Positions 38,308-51,068 of a stretch of 64,000 bases of DNA are shown in pieces. This DNA comes from Isurus oxyrinchus (taxonomy: Eukaryota). The notes beneath the pieces are model-generated. The model was not told the origin of the DNA. It searched no databases and was given only the letters and a program-made list of their open reading frames with translations. The position numbers and the translations under genes are program-made. The stretch's first letter is position 1. The number at the start of each line of letters is the position of its first letter. The stretch is from NCBI GenBank assembly GCA_026770705.1, contig JANJGN010000026.1:5890001-5954000 (forward strand), written 5' to 3'.

Positions 38308-41300
38308 ATGCACGGATCAACAAAAGACCTTCTGTCTGCCATTTATTATCCAGTCCTTGCAACTATCGGGGTTCCAGGTGAAGTACTTAGTAATTCGATA
38401 CTGAAATCGGTTATCTGCAGGAATTCTACCATTTAGAAGCATTGAATATCCATAATGTAATACCCATTCTCCCATTTCGCCCTTTATCTATATAATTGTC
38501 CCCATTAATGGGGCAACTTTCCTCTTTTAACAAGTATATTTTTCCCCTCTAAAAGCACTTTTTTCCCACTTTATAGGTATAATGTCTCAATTTTGACAAT
38601 ATAATTTGTTCCCTTTGCCTAAAATTCTCGCCGCTAATGGCCTAATAATATGCTATTAATATGCTATTAATAATATGCGCAGGGTGCAATGACTCGCTGT
38701 TAGTGGCATAATATAAACTTGTTCAAAACAACATTTCACAATTTAAGTGCTATCATATCACCCTGCTAAGTGTGCAATTTCTTGCTGTTAGTGATAAAAT
38801 ATTACTCTTTTCAGGGTGAAATTTCTCGCTGTTACCGGTATAATATCACCCTTATAAGGGTGTAATTTTTCGCTTCAAGTGGTATTATATTACCCTGTTC
38901 AACGGTGTTTTGCACCATTTAGTTCTGGTGTATTTTCACCCTGTTATCACAGTGCAAATGCCTTTCTATTCTGTTACTGACATCGTTGCTGGACGAGAAT
39001 TATCACATTGTAATCACGGAGGATGTGTGATCATCTTCTGTTACTGCAGGTGTATTTTAACACTGACATTGCAGTCTAAATGTCTTTCCATTCTGTTTCC
39101 GGTATCATTACTGAAGGCGAGTTATCACATTGTAATCACGATGTGAATGTGATCAACTTCCGTTACTGACAGTCTAACTGTGGTTGAGTGATCACACTTT
39201 AATCGCAGTATGAATGTGATCGTGTTCTCTTACTGGCAGTCTAACTGTGCTTACGTTATCACACTTTAAACACGGTGCGAATGTGATCATCTTCTGTTAC
39301 TGACAGTCTAACTGTGGTTGAGCTATCACACTGTTCTCACGGTGCTAATGTAAACCTGTTGTGTTGTTCACATTGACAATGATCGAAAAGTTCCCACGAA
39401 TAATGCACTGATATAGAGCATTGTAACATTCAATATTCCCCCAATGAATTTGTTGGAAGGACATGAGCACCAGTTTCTAACAGATGTACAAACAATGTGA
39501 CAGTAGCCGTCCGATAAATATTCTATATTAGCAACACAATCAGAGAGGTGTGTTTCTGGTCTCAGTCTCCAACACTCATTGATTCAGCCCGTCTCACCTC
39601 TTCTGCATGAGCTGCTGCTGAAGCTTCTGCATTGACCATTGTTAACGCCAGAATTTCTTTCTGCTGATTGCACCGGGCAATGTCTCCCATTTTCCCGTCT
39701 CCGCTGTTTGTCCGTATTTGCGCAAGGCTGCGAAATTGGTTGCGTCTGTCGCCTCTGAGGCGCAAAGCTTTGATTTCAAATATCCACCACAGGACAACGT
39801 TGATAGTTGATCCCGACAGTGCAGTGCAGTACAGAGTAGTGCTTCATTACAAGAGGGACCTCACTCGGGAGGAGACCTTGTTTTCCGCCATTTCCGATCT
39901 TCCAGTTGACTACTATGTGAGGAGCTAGGATGGATCTTCACATGCAAGCAAACGCCCTGTCTGCAAGATCAGAAATCACTCATTGCCCCTTCACTCCTCG
40001 CTGTATGTGGATGTTTTTGAGCAAGTTTAATTCCCAAAGTTCCCAACAACGAATAGTTTACAATGATTGACTGGAAGGGAACTATATTGATCTTCAGTGA
40101 GATATAATCTGCTCCCTTGTTAGTTTCAGCACTTCTTGTTGTTTGTTTTGTTATCTACCTTCGTTTTTTATTTCCTGCAATGCTTTGCAGATGCGTTCAA
40201 CTTCTTGCTTATTCAAAAATTCTACATTGGTTTCTCTGTTAACGATGCCTGTTGTTCTCCATTAGTTTTCATTAAACTATTTGACATTCGTATAACTTTT
40301 ACCTGCCCAATATTGAATTAAGATTTCAATTTCCAAAGCTGAATCACTTGCCATTTGCAATTGCGCAACTGGGGACCACATCTGAAAGGTACAAATTCAT
40401 GCAGAATCCTATAACATTGTTGATTTGTTTATAGTTTGAGCAGTAGCCTTCCTGTTTTCGTTCTCCCCCAAACTCACACAAACAAATCCAGTCTCTTTCC
40501 ACCTTCTCTGTTTCCCTCTCAGTCTTTAAAGCAGCTAACTTGCCGGTGATTATGATCCTCTCACGAGGGAAATGCCATCTCTCCACGTGTATAACCTAAT
40601 ATTTACAATCCATGGCGGTAACGGATCTCCTGCTCATTATCACTGCTGTGATATTGAACCGGAATGCTGGTATATATTTTCCACTCAGTTTCCTGACAAT
40701 CACATCAGTATGCAGTCTGTGAAACCCTAATATATTGAGCCATAGGCAGCTCTGCCTGGTTAACTATAGCTTTCACCTTTGATCGATTTGTAGCCATTTG
40801 TTGCCAGAAGCTGAAAATAAAATGTTGTTACAAAAAAACGGCGGCACGGGTTATAGGGACAATCTGCTCAATCAGCTGTGTCAAAAACACCTTCCAGTAT
40901 TTTATATACGAACTTTTGTACATCATTGACAATGTAACCTGGTTCTGCGATGTAAAATAGATATTTTATACGTCACTTGCATGGATTGCCTATTACTGCA
41001 TTCATCACATTTTAAGTCCTTGTCTCCCATTCATTCTGATTTTAATGCTCAATGTACTGAGAGTCAGACACATTCTCGCAGCCAGTAGAGCTCGCAGGAG
41101 ACTCCAGACCCAGAGAAATGGAAACAATCACTGTGACCCTGAGATGGAGAAGAGGAGAAAGTCCATCATTTTACTCTTCTGTGTATCAGGAAGTTTCATC
41201 CTGTTATATTTGTTACTTTTTACAACTTTCCTCTATGTGCAAATTGGAAATGTTACTTACTTTTCAAATTCTGAAATCAATCTTTCAACATTCATTCTTG

Positions 41301-41443
41301 AGGAAAAAGCATATATGCTTCGGTTTTTGAGTTCCTGCATCAACCCTTTTATTTATGCAGGGACCCAGAGTAAATTCAGAGAGAAGTTAAAGAATAGACT
41401 GAAATATCCACTTCTTTTAATTGTTAAATTATTGGAACGATAA
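38308..41443 (+). pseudogene. GPR139/GPR142-like GPCR pseudogene (exon 1 38308-38377, exon 2 40535-41443)
   Basis: Exon 1 reads MHGSTKDLLSAIYYPVLATIGVP G|gtgaag (70 nt). Exon 2 reads NLPVIMILSRGKCHLSTCIT*YLQSMAVTDLL...DRFVAICCQKLK...SSCINPFIYAGTQSKFR. Stops at 40597-40599 and 40720-40722 plus a frameshift. The C-terminal part is ORF 41045..41443. Confidence 0.9.
38480..39360. repeat. two adjacent degenerate minisatellites (~43-bp, then 67-bp units) in the GPCR intron
   Basis: ATCACA anchors at 39124, 39191, 39258 and 39325 give a 67-bp period. Upstream units look like GCAATTTCTCGCTGTTAGTGGTATAATAT. Confidence 0.75.
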
Positions 41444-42539
41444 GGACAGTGGAATCCAACTTGAGATGTACACAAGATTCCAGCCTTTCCCCTTCTTGTC
41501 GATGCCACGCATGATTTTCCATCCCAGTTAACAGTCACTCAGTTTGAAATTAAGACTGTTTAAGGCGCAATGCATCCGAGCACAATTAAGTGTCGGTATC
41601 TATTCTCTGGTAGTTGAAAGTTCTCTTTCCCATATTATCTGTGGTCTGTCTTATTCCCATCAGAAACAATGATCCTTGTAGTCCTCGTAGTATCTCTACG
41701 TTCATGTGGACGGCAAAGTGTAGTATCTCTGATTTGTTACCACATTCCAAGATGCCATGCTGATAAAACAACTTCAATCTCCCTGCTTCCCGCCCCGGTA
41801 ATGATTCTGATCTTGATGGTTGGATACACTTTGAAATTGACGCACATACTATCCTCACCAGTTGTTCTCCACTGACCAAGCACGACTTTACAGCAAACTC
41901 CTGAGCCCCTAAATATACAAGCAGCGGACTGTGAGATTGAGATGGCAAAACACCATCAATTCACCTTTTGCGCTTTCCATTGGCCAATTGGGAAGAGTCC
42001 CATCTGTATAGAGGCCCCAAAACATGACCAACAAAATCATTTAAAAAAACAAGTTATAAAACTGCATGAGAACATTATCTTCATTTATCATTTATAAATC
42101 GTCAGCCGATTTCATTTCCTCCGGTCCTGTTAGCCACTTGATAAACGTGGAAAGGATTTTTTATTCGTTCAATCGCTAACTGCTCTTATTCAGAGAGCAT
42201 TTAAGAGTGACGTAGAGGTCAGACAGCCGATGCTCTTTCCTGAAGGACATCATTAAACCAAATGGGCTTTTTCAACAATTAGCAATGGTTTCATGATCAT
42301 CTGACGCTTAATCAGAGATTTTTATTGAATTCAAATGTCCCCACCTCCAGTGGTGGGATGTGACCGTAGGTTCCCAGAGAATTAGGTTAGGTCTTATGCA
42401 ATGTTAACCTGGTCATAATACTGCTACGCCACCACCTCCCGGTCAAGAGTTCGCTGATCGTTCCAATGAATCTTTAAGAATTATTCGACAACAGGCACCG
42501 ACGTGAAGCAAGTAAAATGTGAGTGCATAGCTTTAATAT

Positions 42540-45060
42540 TCAGGGCGCGAAATTACTTGCAGCAGTGCTACTGAGGTTTAGCTGTGGTTTGCTGGGGCAC
42601 CCTCCGCCATGACCCATAATTCCATTTAGTGAGCGTTGGCCTGTGGGAGTATCCCCCATATGTGCCTGGAGGAGGTGAATTGATGTTTCATTGAAGTCAC
42701 ACATCCTGACCACGGATGGCAGGATACCAAATGTGGACTAGACAACGCATTGATACATCATTCGGCAAAGAGAAGCTCAACCAAGGCAAAATTGACACTC
42801 CACCAGCGTTTCTCGATGGGCTTGGCACCTTAGTATTATGGAATTCAATTTGGAGTTCTCCTCTCACAAACTATATGGTGGTATTAAGGCTTGTTTTTGG
42901 AGGCCGTGTGATGAGTTTCTGGATTTCCCAAATGACGCTTCTGCATCCTGTAAGGAGAGGCATCAGATCTGATGATGTGTCCACGGAAAGGCTGCAGCAG
43001 GGCCAGCGGTTGTGATGCCTCTGGACCAGCAACGTTACATTTAAAATGCAGTGTTGGCTATGAAGAGGCGAAGCTCTGCCAAATGCATTCTGTGTAATTG
43101 GAGCCAGACCCTTTAATGCTCCTTGACAGCGGCAGGGGTTGCGTTTACATTGTATGAACCAATATTAACAATTTCAGTCTATCTTTTGGCAATACTCAAT
43201 CGATCCATTTATCATTGAACTGGTGAGCAGGATTTTGGGGTATGCATAGCGTGGAAAGCAGGCGAGTTTAGTTGGCACTTAATGGGTTTTGGATTGTTAC
43301 AAGACGTTGGTGTTACAGTGTTGCTTTGTAATGCAGCAGGGGCCAATAATTCGGCAATTTGGGCTCATTGGTGAGACGTTCCAGTGGGGTTGGGGGCGGT
43401 GTTGGAATCATCGGGACTGTCCCGAATTGTTACATTTGGATACCAGCAGAGACTTCGGGGTGCTTGTAATGGTGGTCGCGGTGTTAGAGGGACACCCTGG
43501 GCTGTACAGATGGTTGGAAGGCTTATGGGGTAATTAGGGGTCTGGATGGTGTTTGGGGAATTGGAGGAGATTGTCCATCTCATGCTTGCTGAGTATTCAA
43601 TGTGTTGGGAGGTTAGATGGCAGGTTGGCGGGGGTATTCATGAGGATGGTTGGGTCTTCACTGGGTGGGGGTGTAGTCGGGTGCTTGTGGTTCATCGAGG
43701 GTCGGGAGGGCAGCCTGGGGGCCGGAGGTTAGTCGGGGGTTGGGGAAGATAATGGGGAGTAGTCGGTGCGGGTTGAGAGGGTAGACGGGACAGCTTGGGC
43801 AGTCGGGCTGGTTGGGGAAATAGTTGAGTTTTCCAGTGGGGGGAGTCGGTGGTCTCATTTCTATAGTGTCTCAGGAGTTGGAAGCGATTTTAGTTCTTCT
43901 CACTCCTCCTGGGAAACTGCTCTCCAGGACAGGCATAATGATCTGAAGTTTCTGATTTACATCCACGTGTCAGATGGTTTGGATTGTTCCTGATGTTCTT
44001 CGGATGTTTGAACATTCTGGTCAATACCCGTGCAGTCCTCACATCGGGGGTTCCAGGCCGGCGGCGGTGGGGTTGAGGTTGTGCTTCTCCCACAGCATCT
44101 TCTCCCACAGGGATCAGAATGTATGGTCAAAATGTCCCAGATCTTCTGACCAGTGGATGGCCTGACCCCGAGGTACCAGAGAAATGCTGTGTTCGATCCC
44201 ATGTAACTCCCCGCTTCAGGACGGCACGGCAACTTCCAGCGGATTTTCAACATCTGTTGGACAATTATTCTGCATCTGGAACACTCCTGAACCTTGAGTT
44301 AGATTTGGAGGAGTTGGAATGCCCTGAGTTACTTCGCAGAATAGGTACCTAGGAACCGTGAGAAGGATTAAAACCAGTCCCAGCTCTTGGGAAACCCGAA
44401 TTCCGATCGCAAACTCTGGAATGGACATCCCGATTACTGTCCAGACAGACCGAATGTGCCCCAGACCCCCGACTACAATCCAAAACCCAATTATCCCCAC
44501 ACTGACTAATACACAGAAACCCCCGGGTGATCCCGTATCCCAAAACTAATTCCCCATATTCCCATTGCGTCCAACCCCGACTATCCTCCTGAACCCCCGA
44601 ATCTCCCCCTGCCCCCCTGACAACCATCCGGATAACCCAAGCGCTACTGCACTTCCACCCCAGGCTGCCTACTCTCCGTCTCAACGCCCACCCTCTACCC
44701 ACCCCCCTTCCCCGATGAAACGTCAACAACCCTGAACTCCCCGATATCCCCCGGCCTACCCTATTCCCCTTTAGCTGCCACCAGACTACCTGACCCTGCT
44801 ATCTTGCACAATAACCTTCTCTCCACGCTGTGTCAATCTGGTTTTGTAATCATTAAAGCTACGGCTACACGGCAGCTAGAGCTACAGAAAGGATCGGCTT
44901 CGGCTTTCCCCGACATTCCTGCACACCGAAGGGGGACTCTACACCCTGCTCTTCCCAGGAAGCCCGCTTATGAAGTGCAGGTGGGAAATGAGGAGCTGCG
45001 AGGCAAGGGGTTTAAAAATGGCAGAATGACCATCCCAAACATCCGGTCCTTTGTGTTTCA
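42540..45060. mobile_element. decayed foldback or DNA-transposon-like element with G-rich and C-rich arms
   Basis: G-rich arm about 43380-43860 (gtagtcggg...) and complementary C-rich arm about 44430-44800 (cccgactac...). The core is shared in inverted orientation with 50540-50800. Confidence 0.45.
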
Positions 45061-45901
45061 AGTTTAGCAGCTGATGAAAGCTTACTTTATAACCTTCAAT
45101 CTATCAACTTGAATTTGGTTATCTTTTGATGAGATGGGATTCCCCTGTCAGATCCACCCTGTCTGCCCCGAATCTCAACGTGTACCCACTCTGCCCTCGA
45201 AAGAGCTGTGGTCGGAGTAATAACACTTTCTGGAATGTGACGTTGGGAGAAGCTCTGGAAAATGATGGAGTGGCCTTGATCCAGCATCATTCCGATCAGC
45301 TCCATAAAACAGGATTCTGCTCTCTCCGAGCTGAAATTATAATCCTTTGTTTGCATTTAACAGTCGTATCCTCCAATAATACTTTCAAACACATGCAGAC
45401 CCTGCAAATACATTGAAACAACGCTCTCACTTAGAAACTGATTTTAAGTGAATGACCTTCCAAGCATTTTCATCACAAATTATGAAAGAAGATGAGAATC
45501 CCCAACTGATCACGTAAAAGATGACAGGCAGACCCTGCAATTTAGTAGCCATGCGTTCCTATCATTAAAGTAACCGTTTTCAAGTAGTAATTGTCCCACG
45601 ATATCCAATAACAGGTCATATGAAATTGATCCAAAATACACTGGCACTGAATCATTAAAAATACAATTTTCCAATAGGAACAGAATGAGGAATGTAAAGC
45701 AAGAACGGCTGCAGTGTTAGTAACAGAGAAAGTTTACCACGAGCCACTAATGTAATAATAGGCATGCATGAAAATTTAATTCGAAACTAAGCCAAAAGCT
45801 TGAAGAAGATACAGAAGTATCTTGTTGCATGTGCAAAAGATAATGGGACGTCCTGGATTAATATACATATTAAATACATTTCCTCGGCTACATCCCCATA
45901 G

Positions 45902-46029
45902 ATTCCACGGGCAGCATCTGGATTAAAGACTATGAGGATGATAACAGGAACATCTGGACTACCGCTTCCACGTTCATCGCCATGATCTTCTTCAGCATTT
46001 TCTATGGCGCTGCCGTCACTCTTGTGATG
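45902..46029 (+). other. IGHM: orphan IgM transmembrane exon TM1 (copy 2), frame and splice sites intact
   Basis: ccccatag|AT TCC... gives [42 protein letters not shown]|gtgaga. Flanks about 45480-46980 align by eye with about 33330-34790. Confidence 0.9.
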
Positions 46030-46169
46030 GTGAGAAGATTCAATCCACGCACACATCAATATGACAGGAGCAGTTTGAAAAACCTCCAAATGTTTCACTG
46101 ATTAAAAACTCCAACATAAATGTCCCAGCTTGTTAATATCTGCTTCATTATTTTCTCCCTCGTTTACAG

Positions 46170-46178
46170 TTTAAGTGA
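46170..46178 (+). other. IGHM: IgM TM2 exon coding part (FK*), copy 2
   Basis: cgtttacag|TTT AAG TGA. AATAAA at 46619-46624. Confidence 0.78.
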
Positions 46179-49014
46179 TCGGTTGATTTTCGGACCTCCT
46201 TAGCTGTTCCTCAGTTGTTTATTGAGATCTCTGTATTCCGACTTTAAAAAATGTTCTCCTGGTGACTCTAACAGTGAAATGTCTTCATTTTAAGATTCTG
46301 AATCTGTAATTGAGACATTCGTGGACAGTATTTCCTTTCTGTCTGAAATGTGAGAGATAATTATTATTGTAATATAACTGTAGCTTATAATTTGACTGTA
46401 GCTTGAATTGCATTTGTAAATATGTCATTCCTTATTCGCTATTGTCCCCTTCCCTTTATGCTGAACTGCTGTTTTCTCTTTCTGACCTATGTTACACTTC
46501 TACTAACAGTTGGCAGCTCAGTGCGCATGGGGTCGTCTCAATGTGACGCTCAAACGATAAACTCACTTCTGTCAACTTTAAATTAATCATTTCTACAAAA
46601 TTGCGTCCTGAAATTGTTAATAAATCTTGAGTAATATTTGCAACAAGTACGACTTTGCTGAATTCCTTTCTCCGCGGTTCATCGGCACCGCTGCATTTTC
46701 CCTATTTCACGTTTTCCTCCACTCCCGCCTGGTATTTATCACGAATCCTGTCTGCGATGTGTTTGAACTCGAAGCGCTTCAGTGAAAAAAACGAATCGCC
46801 GCCGAACACCCCATCCACGTAAGGAGGTGTTTACCTCTTCCCTTTTATGGCAAAAACCAGAAGCAGAATGATGGAACGGCGAAGAGAAACTCAGTGACGT
46901 CTCTGATCTGTCACAGTCAGCGTCGGGTCGTTCTAAGTAATAAAGGCACTGTTCCTTCAGAGGTTAATGCAGGACAATGTTTGAGGAAGAATATGTTATT
47001 TACATATCCCATAACATATTCCCAGGCCTCTACAGCACGGGTTAGACACGAAGTAAAGTTCCCTCCGCACTGTCCGACTAAATACTTACAAAGCAGAACA
47101 GTCGCAGAGCCGATATCTAACACTGACATTGCCGTTGGCACAACCATAGGCTAATTTTTAGAGGGCGGAAAGTATATGGCACATAAACACCGTCGAGACA
47201 ATATCCTGTCGGCTTTAATACGCTGAACTGAGCAAAAAAAACCTAAGAATGATTCCGAGAGATTGGCACCGATGCAGGTGTGATATAGATATATTATTGA
47301 ACAGATATTCTGCAAGCCTTGGCTAGAATTTATGTTCTCTCAGGCACGAGATGGAGCAGAATCCTGTGGGACATTGGGGCCTCTATGACGCAACAAGGAA
47401 ATCAGCCAAAACAATGTGATCTGGTCCAAAAACCTGGGCCTGTCCAATGCACAGGCCCAAATGCCTTCTCCGGCACTTTCAGCTTCTTTGATCTGGGAGC
47501 TGCATGACTATTTGAACCCCTATTGAAAACAACTGCAGATATCTCGTCCCCAGCATGAAAAGCAGCCTATTCTTTAATGAATCCACACTGGCACATCAGG
47601 CCTTTTTATGTAGACATCGATTATCCATTGAATTGCAGTTATTGTAAGGCTGTTTAACAATTTTAGAAATCCATGCGACCCACTTATCATACATGTAAGA
47701 CTTCAATTATTAAAACTAAAAAAAACCTCGAAAAAACACGAAGTACCAGATTGGCTGCTCACAACCCTTGATATCATGCTTCTCAAAATTGTCAAAGCTA
47801 GCACGAATTACTTATTGATTGCAAGCAGGAAGCCAGGGCTGAGAGTTGACATTTCCCATCACTGCTGGAAAATTCTCGTATCCACTGGTCAAGAACAGCT
47901 ATACAGGCGGAGATAGGAAGCGAAGGAAAGGGGTGGAATGGGCTGTGATAATACGCAATCCACAAAAAGTTAACTGACTAAAGATGGTGGAAGGCTGAAT
48001 ATTGGTTGCAATGGCACAGATGTTTCTTCTTGCTGTTTTCAGGAATACACACATTACTCCTGATCAACCGATTACAACTGACCTTTGAAAGCAGCACTCC
48101 AGGCCGAATGGCCTCTTTCTTCGCTGCAAGCAATGGTGCAACTCCGCCAGGTTTACAATTCGCTTTGTGTTGGCGACTGGAGAGTGCCTAATTTCAAAAT
48201 GTGAATACAAATATTACAACACTGACTTTAAACATTGTATCATGGAACAAATACTGAGTATAGTTGTTTGAATTTGCGTGGTGTTATTAATGATTGAGCA
48301 AAAGTAATTATACATTTGGATATTTGCTGGACATAGACTCTAACATCCTGAAATTCATTACAAGCTGAGGCACCAGGGGAAAACCAACAGTTGTCCTCCT
48401 GTAATAACTGGCATGGCGCCTTATTTTAACTATTAAGAACTTCCAAGCATTCTGGTAGATCAGTGCCTGCCTGTTTCCAGACCAATGTTTATCATTTCTA
48501 ATGTTCCGTTCCCTGATCTGTACAAGTAATCCAGCATGTAATCTAAGAAGGGATTTGCACAGCTGTAGCAAAGCTTTTCTCCTTTTCTGTTACATCCTCA
48601 GTTCAATGGTTGTACAGTAAATGGAATTACAATGCGCATATCCATTCAGAGTAATGAGAACCGAGTTGTTCAGTATAACCGACTTTTGACTATTTAGTAT
48701 GAAATAAATTGCACGAGTAAACACTGCATATGCCGAAACTGTTTAAGAATCACGAGCCCAACACTTCATGTCTTTCCATGAGGAAAGTTTGTTAATTCAG
48801 GCATCAATGCGGGGATGGCAGAAAATGCTTCAAAAGGGAATTGGTCAATTACTTGCAAGAGGATATGCAGCCCAACACATGTGGTCATTCAACATAACTG
48901 ACCAAAGCATCAGTTACTTGGTCAATGTTAGAGTCGGGTATCAATACTGCGTCACGATTAGACACGATATCAGTTACAAAATCAAAGGTAAGGTGCGGCT
49001 TCTGTTAGAGTTTT

Positions 49015-49660
49015 TATTCCTTCGTTGATGTGAGCATCCCTGGTCCTGTCAGAATTTAATGCCCATCCGTAATTGCCCTTGAGAAGATTGTGTTAATGAG
49101 CTGTCTTCTTGAACTGCTATGGTCAATCTGGTGTAGGTATACCCAGGGTTCTGTTAGGGAGGGAGTTTCAGGATATTGACCCAGTGACAATGAAGGAACG
49201 GCGATATATTTTCAAGTCAGTATGGTGAGTGACTTGGAGGGAAAATTCCAGTTGGTGGTGTTCACATCTACCTGCTGCCCTTGTCATTCGAGATGGTAGT
49301 GGATGTGAGTTCGGAAGGTGCTGTCTAAGGTGCATTCCTGCAGTGCATCTTGCAGATGGTAAACACTGTTGCCAATGTGCGTCGGCAGGGGAGGGAGTGA
49401 ATATTTGTGGATAGGGGGGTCAATCACGCGGGCTGCTTTGTCCTGGACGGTGTCAAGCTTCTTGAGAGTTGTTAGAGCAGCACTTGTCCAGGCAAGTGGG
49501 GAGTATTCAATCACACTCTTGACTTGAGCCTTTAGGTGGTGGGCAGGCTTTGGGGAATCAGCAGGTGAGTTAATCGACGCAGGATTCCTAGCCTCTCACC
49601 TGCTCTTGTAGCCACAGTATTTATAAGGCTAGCACAGTTCAGTTTCTGGTCAATGGATGT
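49015..49660 (-). mobile_element. L2/CR1-clade LINE 3' fragment
   Basis: ORF MIEYSPLAWTSAALTTLKKLDTVQDKAARVI. Confidence 0.8.
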
Positions 49661-50820
49661 GTCAGCCGTAGAGTAGATCGGGATTAGGAAAGCCCGAGTG
49701 AGGTAGGATGCTTTGAACTGACGGAATGTTTAAGGTGTTTCAAATAGTTGATGTAGTGTAAGTTGTTTCAGGGGTAGGTTTTGCCAGCGGTGTATCAGTG
49801 GTCAAACTTGTAGTATAGTTCAAGTGGGGCAGGATTGTTCGTGGCAGAAATGGTCGGATGGTTGAGCTGGTTCCGGGTGTCTGTTGGGTCGGGGAGGTAG
49901 AGTGGTTAGAATAGGTAGACTGGGCTAGAATGGTCCAGACTGTAGACTAGGTCTTGGGTGCAGGATGTGTTGGGGAGGGTAGGATGGACTAGGAGCATAG
50001 AGTGCTTCGAGGGTAGCATAGCTGGAGTGCTGTATGATGGGTTGGAGGTAGGACGGGGCGAGTGGGGTTGGGTGTGCCTGACAGGATGGATGGATCAGGG
50101 GTAGAATGGTGGAGCGTGGTAGGATGGTTCAGTGATATAAAATGTAGCTGCCGGGTTGGATGAGTTGAGTGGGGCAGTATGGGTCGGGGTATAGGATGGT
50201 CCCGGGCTTAGGGTAGTTGGTTTGGGATAGGATGGGTAGGGTGTTAGCATGGTTCAGGGGAATAGGATGCGTCGGGCGTAGGATTGGTGGAGTGGGGAGG
50301 ATGGGTCCGAGGGGATAGAATTAGTCCAAGGGTATTTTGTGTCTGCGGGTATCTGGTGGTCATTCGAGGCGTGGGTAAGACTATTTGTGGAGGGACGAAT
50401 AATGGGGTGGTGGTTTTATAGTCGGGTTATTCAGGGGGATGTGGTTGTAGTCAGGGGCGGGAAGGTAGTCGGGCTGTCAGGAGGATAATCAGGGCTGGCC
50501 GAATGAGCAATGGTGGAGGGAATATTAAGGGTCAACTGGGGAATCGCGAAGTTGGAAATGATTTCAAGCCCCCTGACTTTTCCTGGATATCTATTCTGCT
50601 AAAATTGGTGGAGATACCTATGATCTCCAATATAAAGTTGATTTCCAGATAATTCCAAGGCATCCAGGAAAATTGGCCAACTGCAGTTTGAACTTCCTGT
50701 GCAATTTCTGTCCAGTGTTTACATGAGAAATTCCTGGGGGGCCCCGGGTGTATCTTCTGGGGCACTTCCCGTGTGCGACCCCTCCCACCCCCACCTCCCG
50801 AATTCGGAAGATCTGTGCGA
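49660..50820. repeat. G-rich arm plus core of the same family as 43-45 kb
   Basis: Dense GGG runs. The reverse complement of 50550-50620 aligns with 44325-44390. Confidence 0.55.
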
Positions 50821-50847
50821 ATGATAACCGTTCCCTGAATATAGTCT

Positions 50848-51068
50848 GGTCTGTCCTCTAAATACAGTGCTCACTGCCCTGTACATGAGATGAGCTGTGT
50901 CCCCTAATGCAATGTTCACTGTCCCCTAAAACAATGATAACTGTCCCATAAACGTAATGATCACTGTCTGCTAAATACAATGTTCAATGTCCCCTAACTA
51001 CAATGATTAGCTTCTCCTAAATTCAATCTTTAATGTCCCCTAAATGCAATATTCACTGTCCCCTGAAA
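50848..51068. repeat. ~23-bp minisatellite (CTGTCCCCTAAATACAATGTTCA)
   Basis: About 9 degenerate copies. Confidence 0.85.

Noticed and set aside
39121-39360. CRISPR-like periodicity (also 35384-35622)
   Set aside because: Whole units repeat with no unique spacers, in a eukaryotic context; these are minisatellites.
42590-43030. Harbinger Myb/SANT protein remnant
   Set aside because: Only a few residues resemble the family, which is too little to call.
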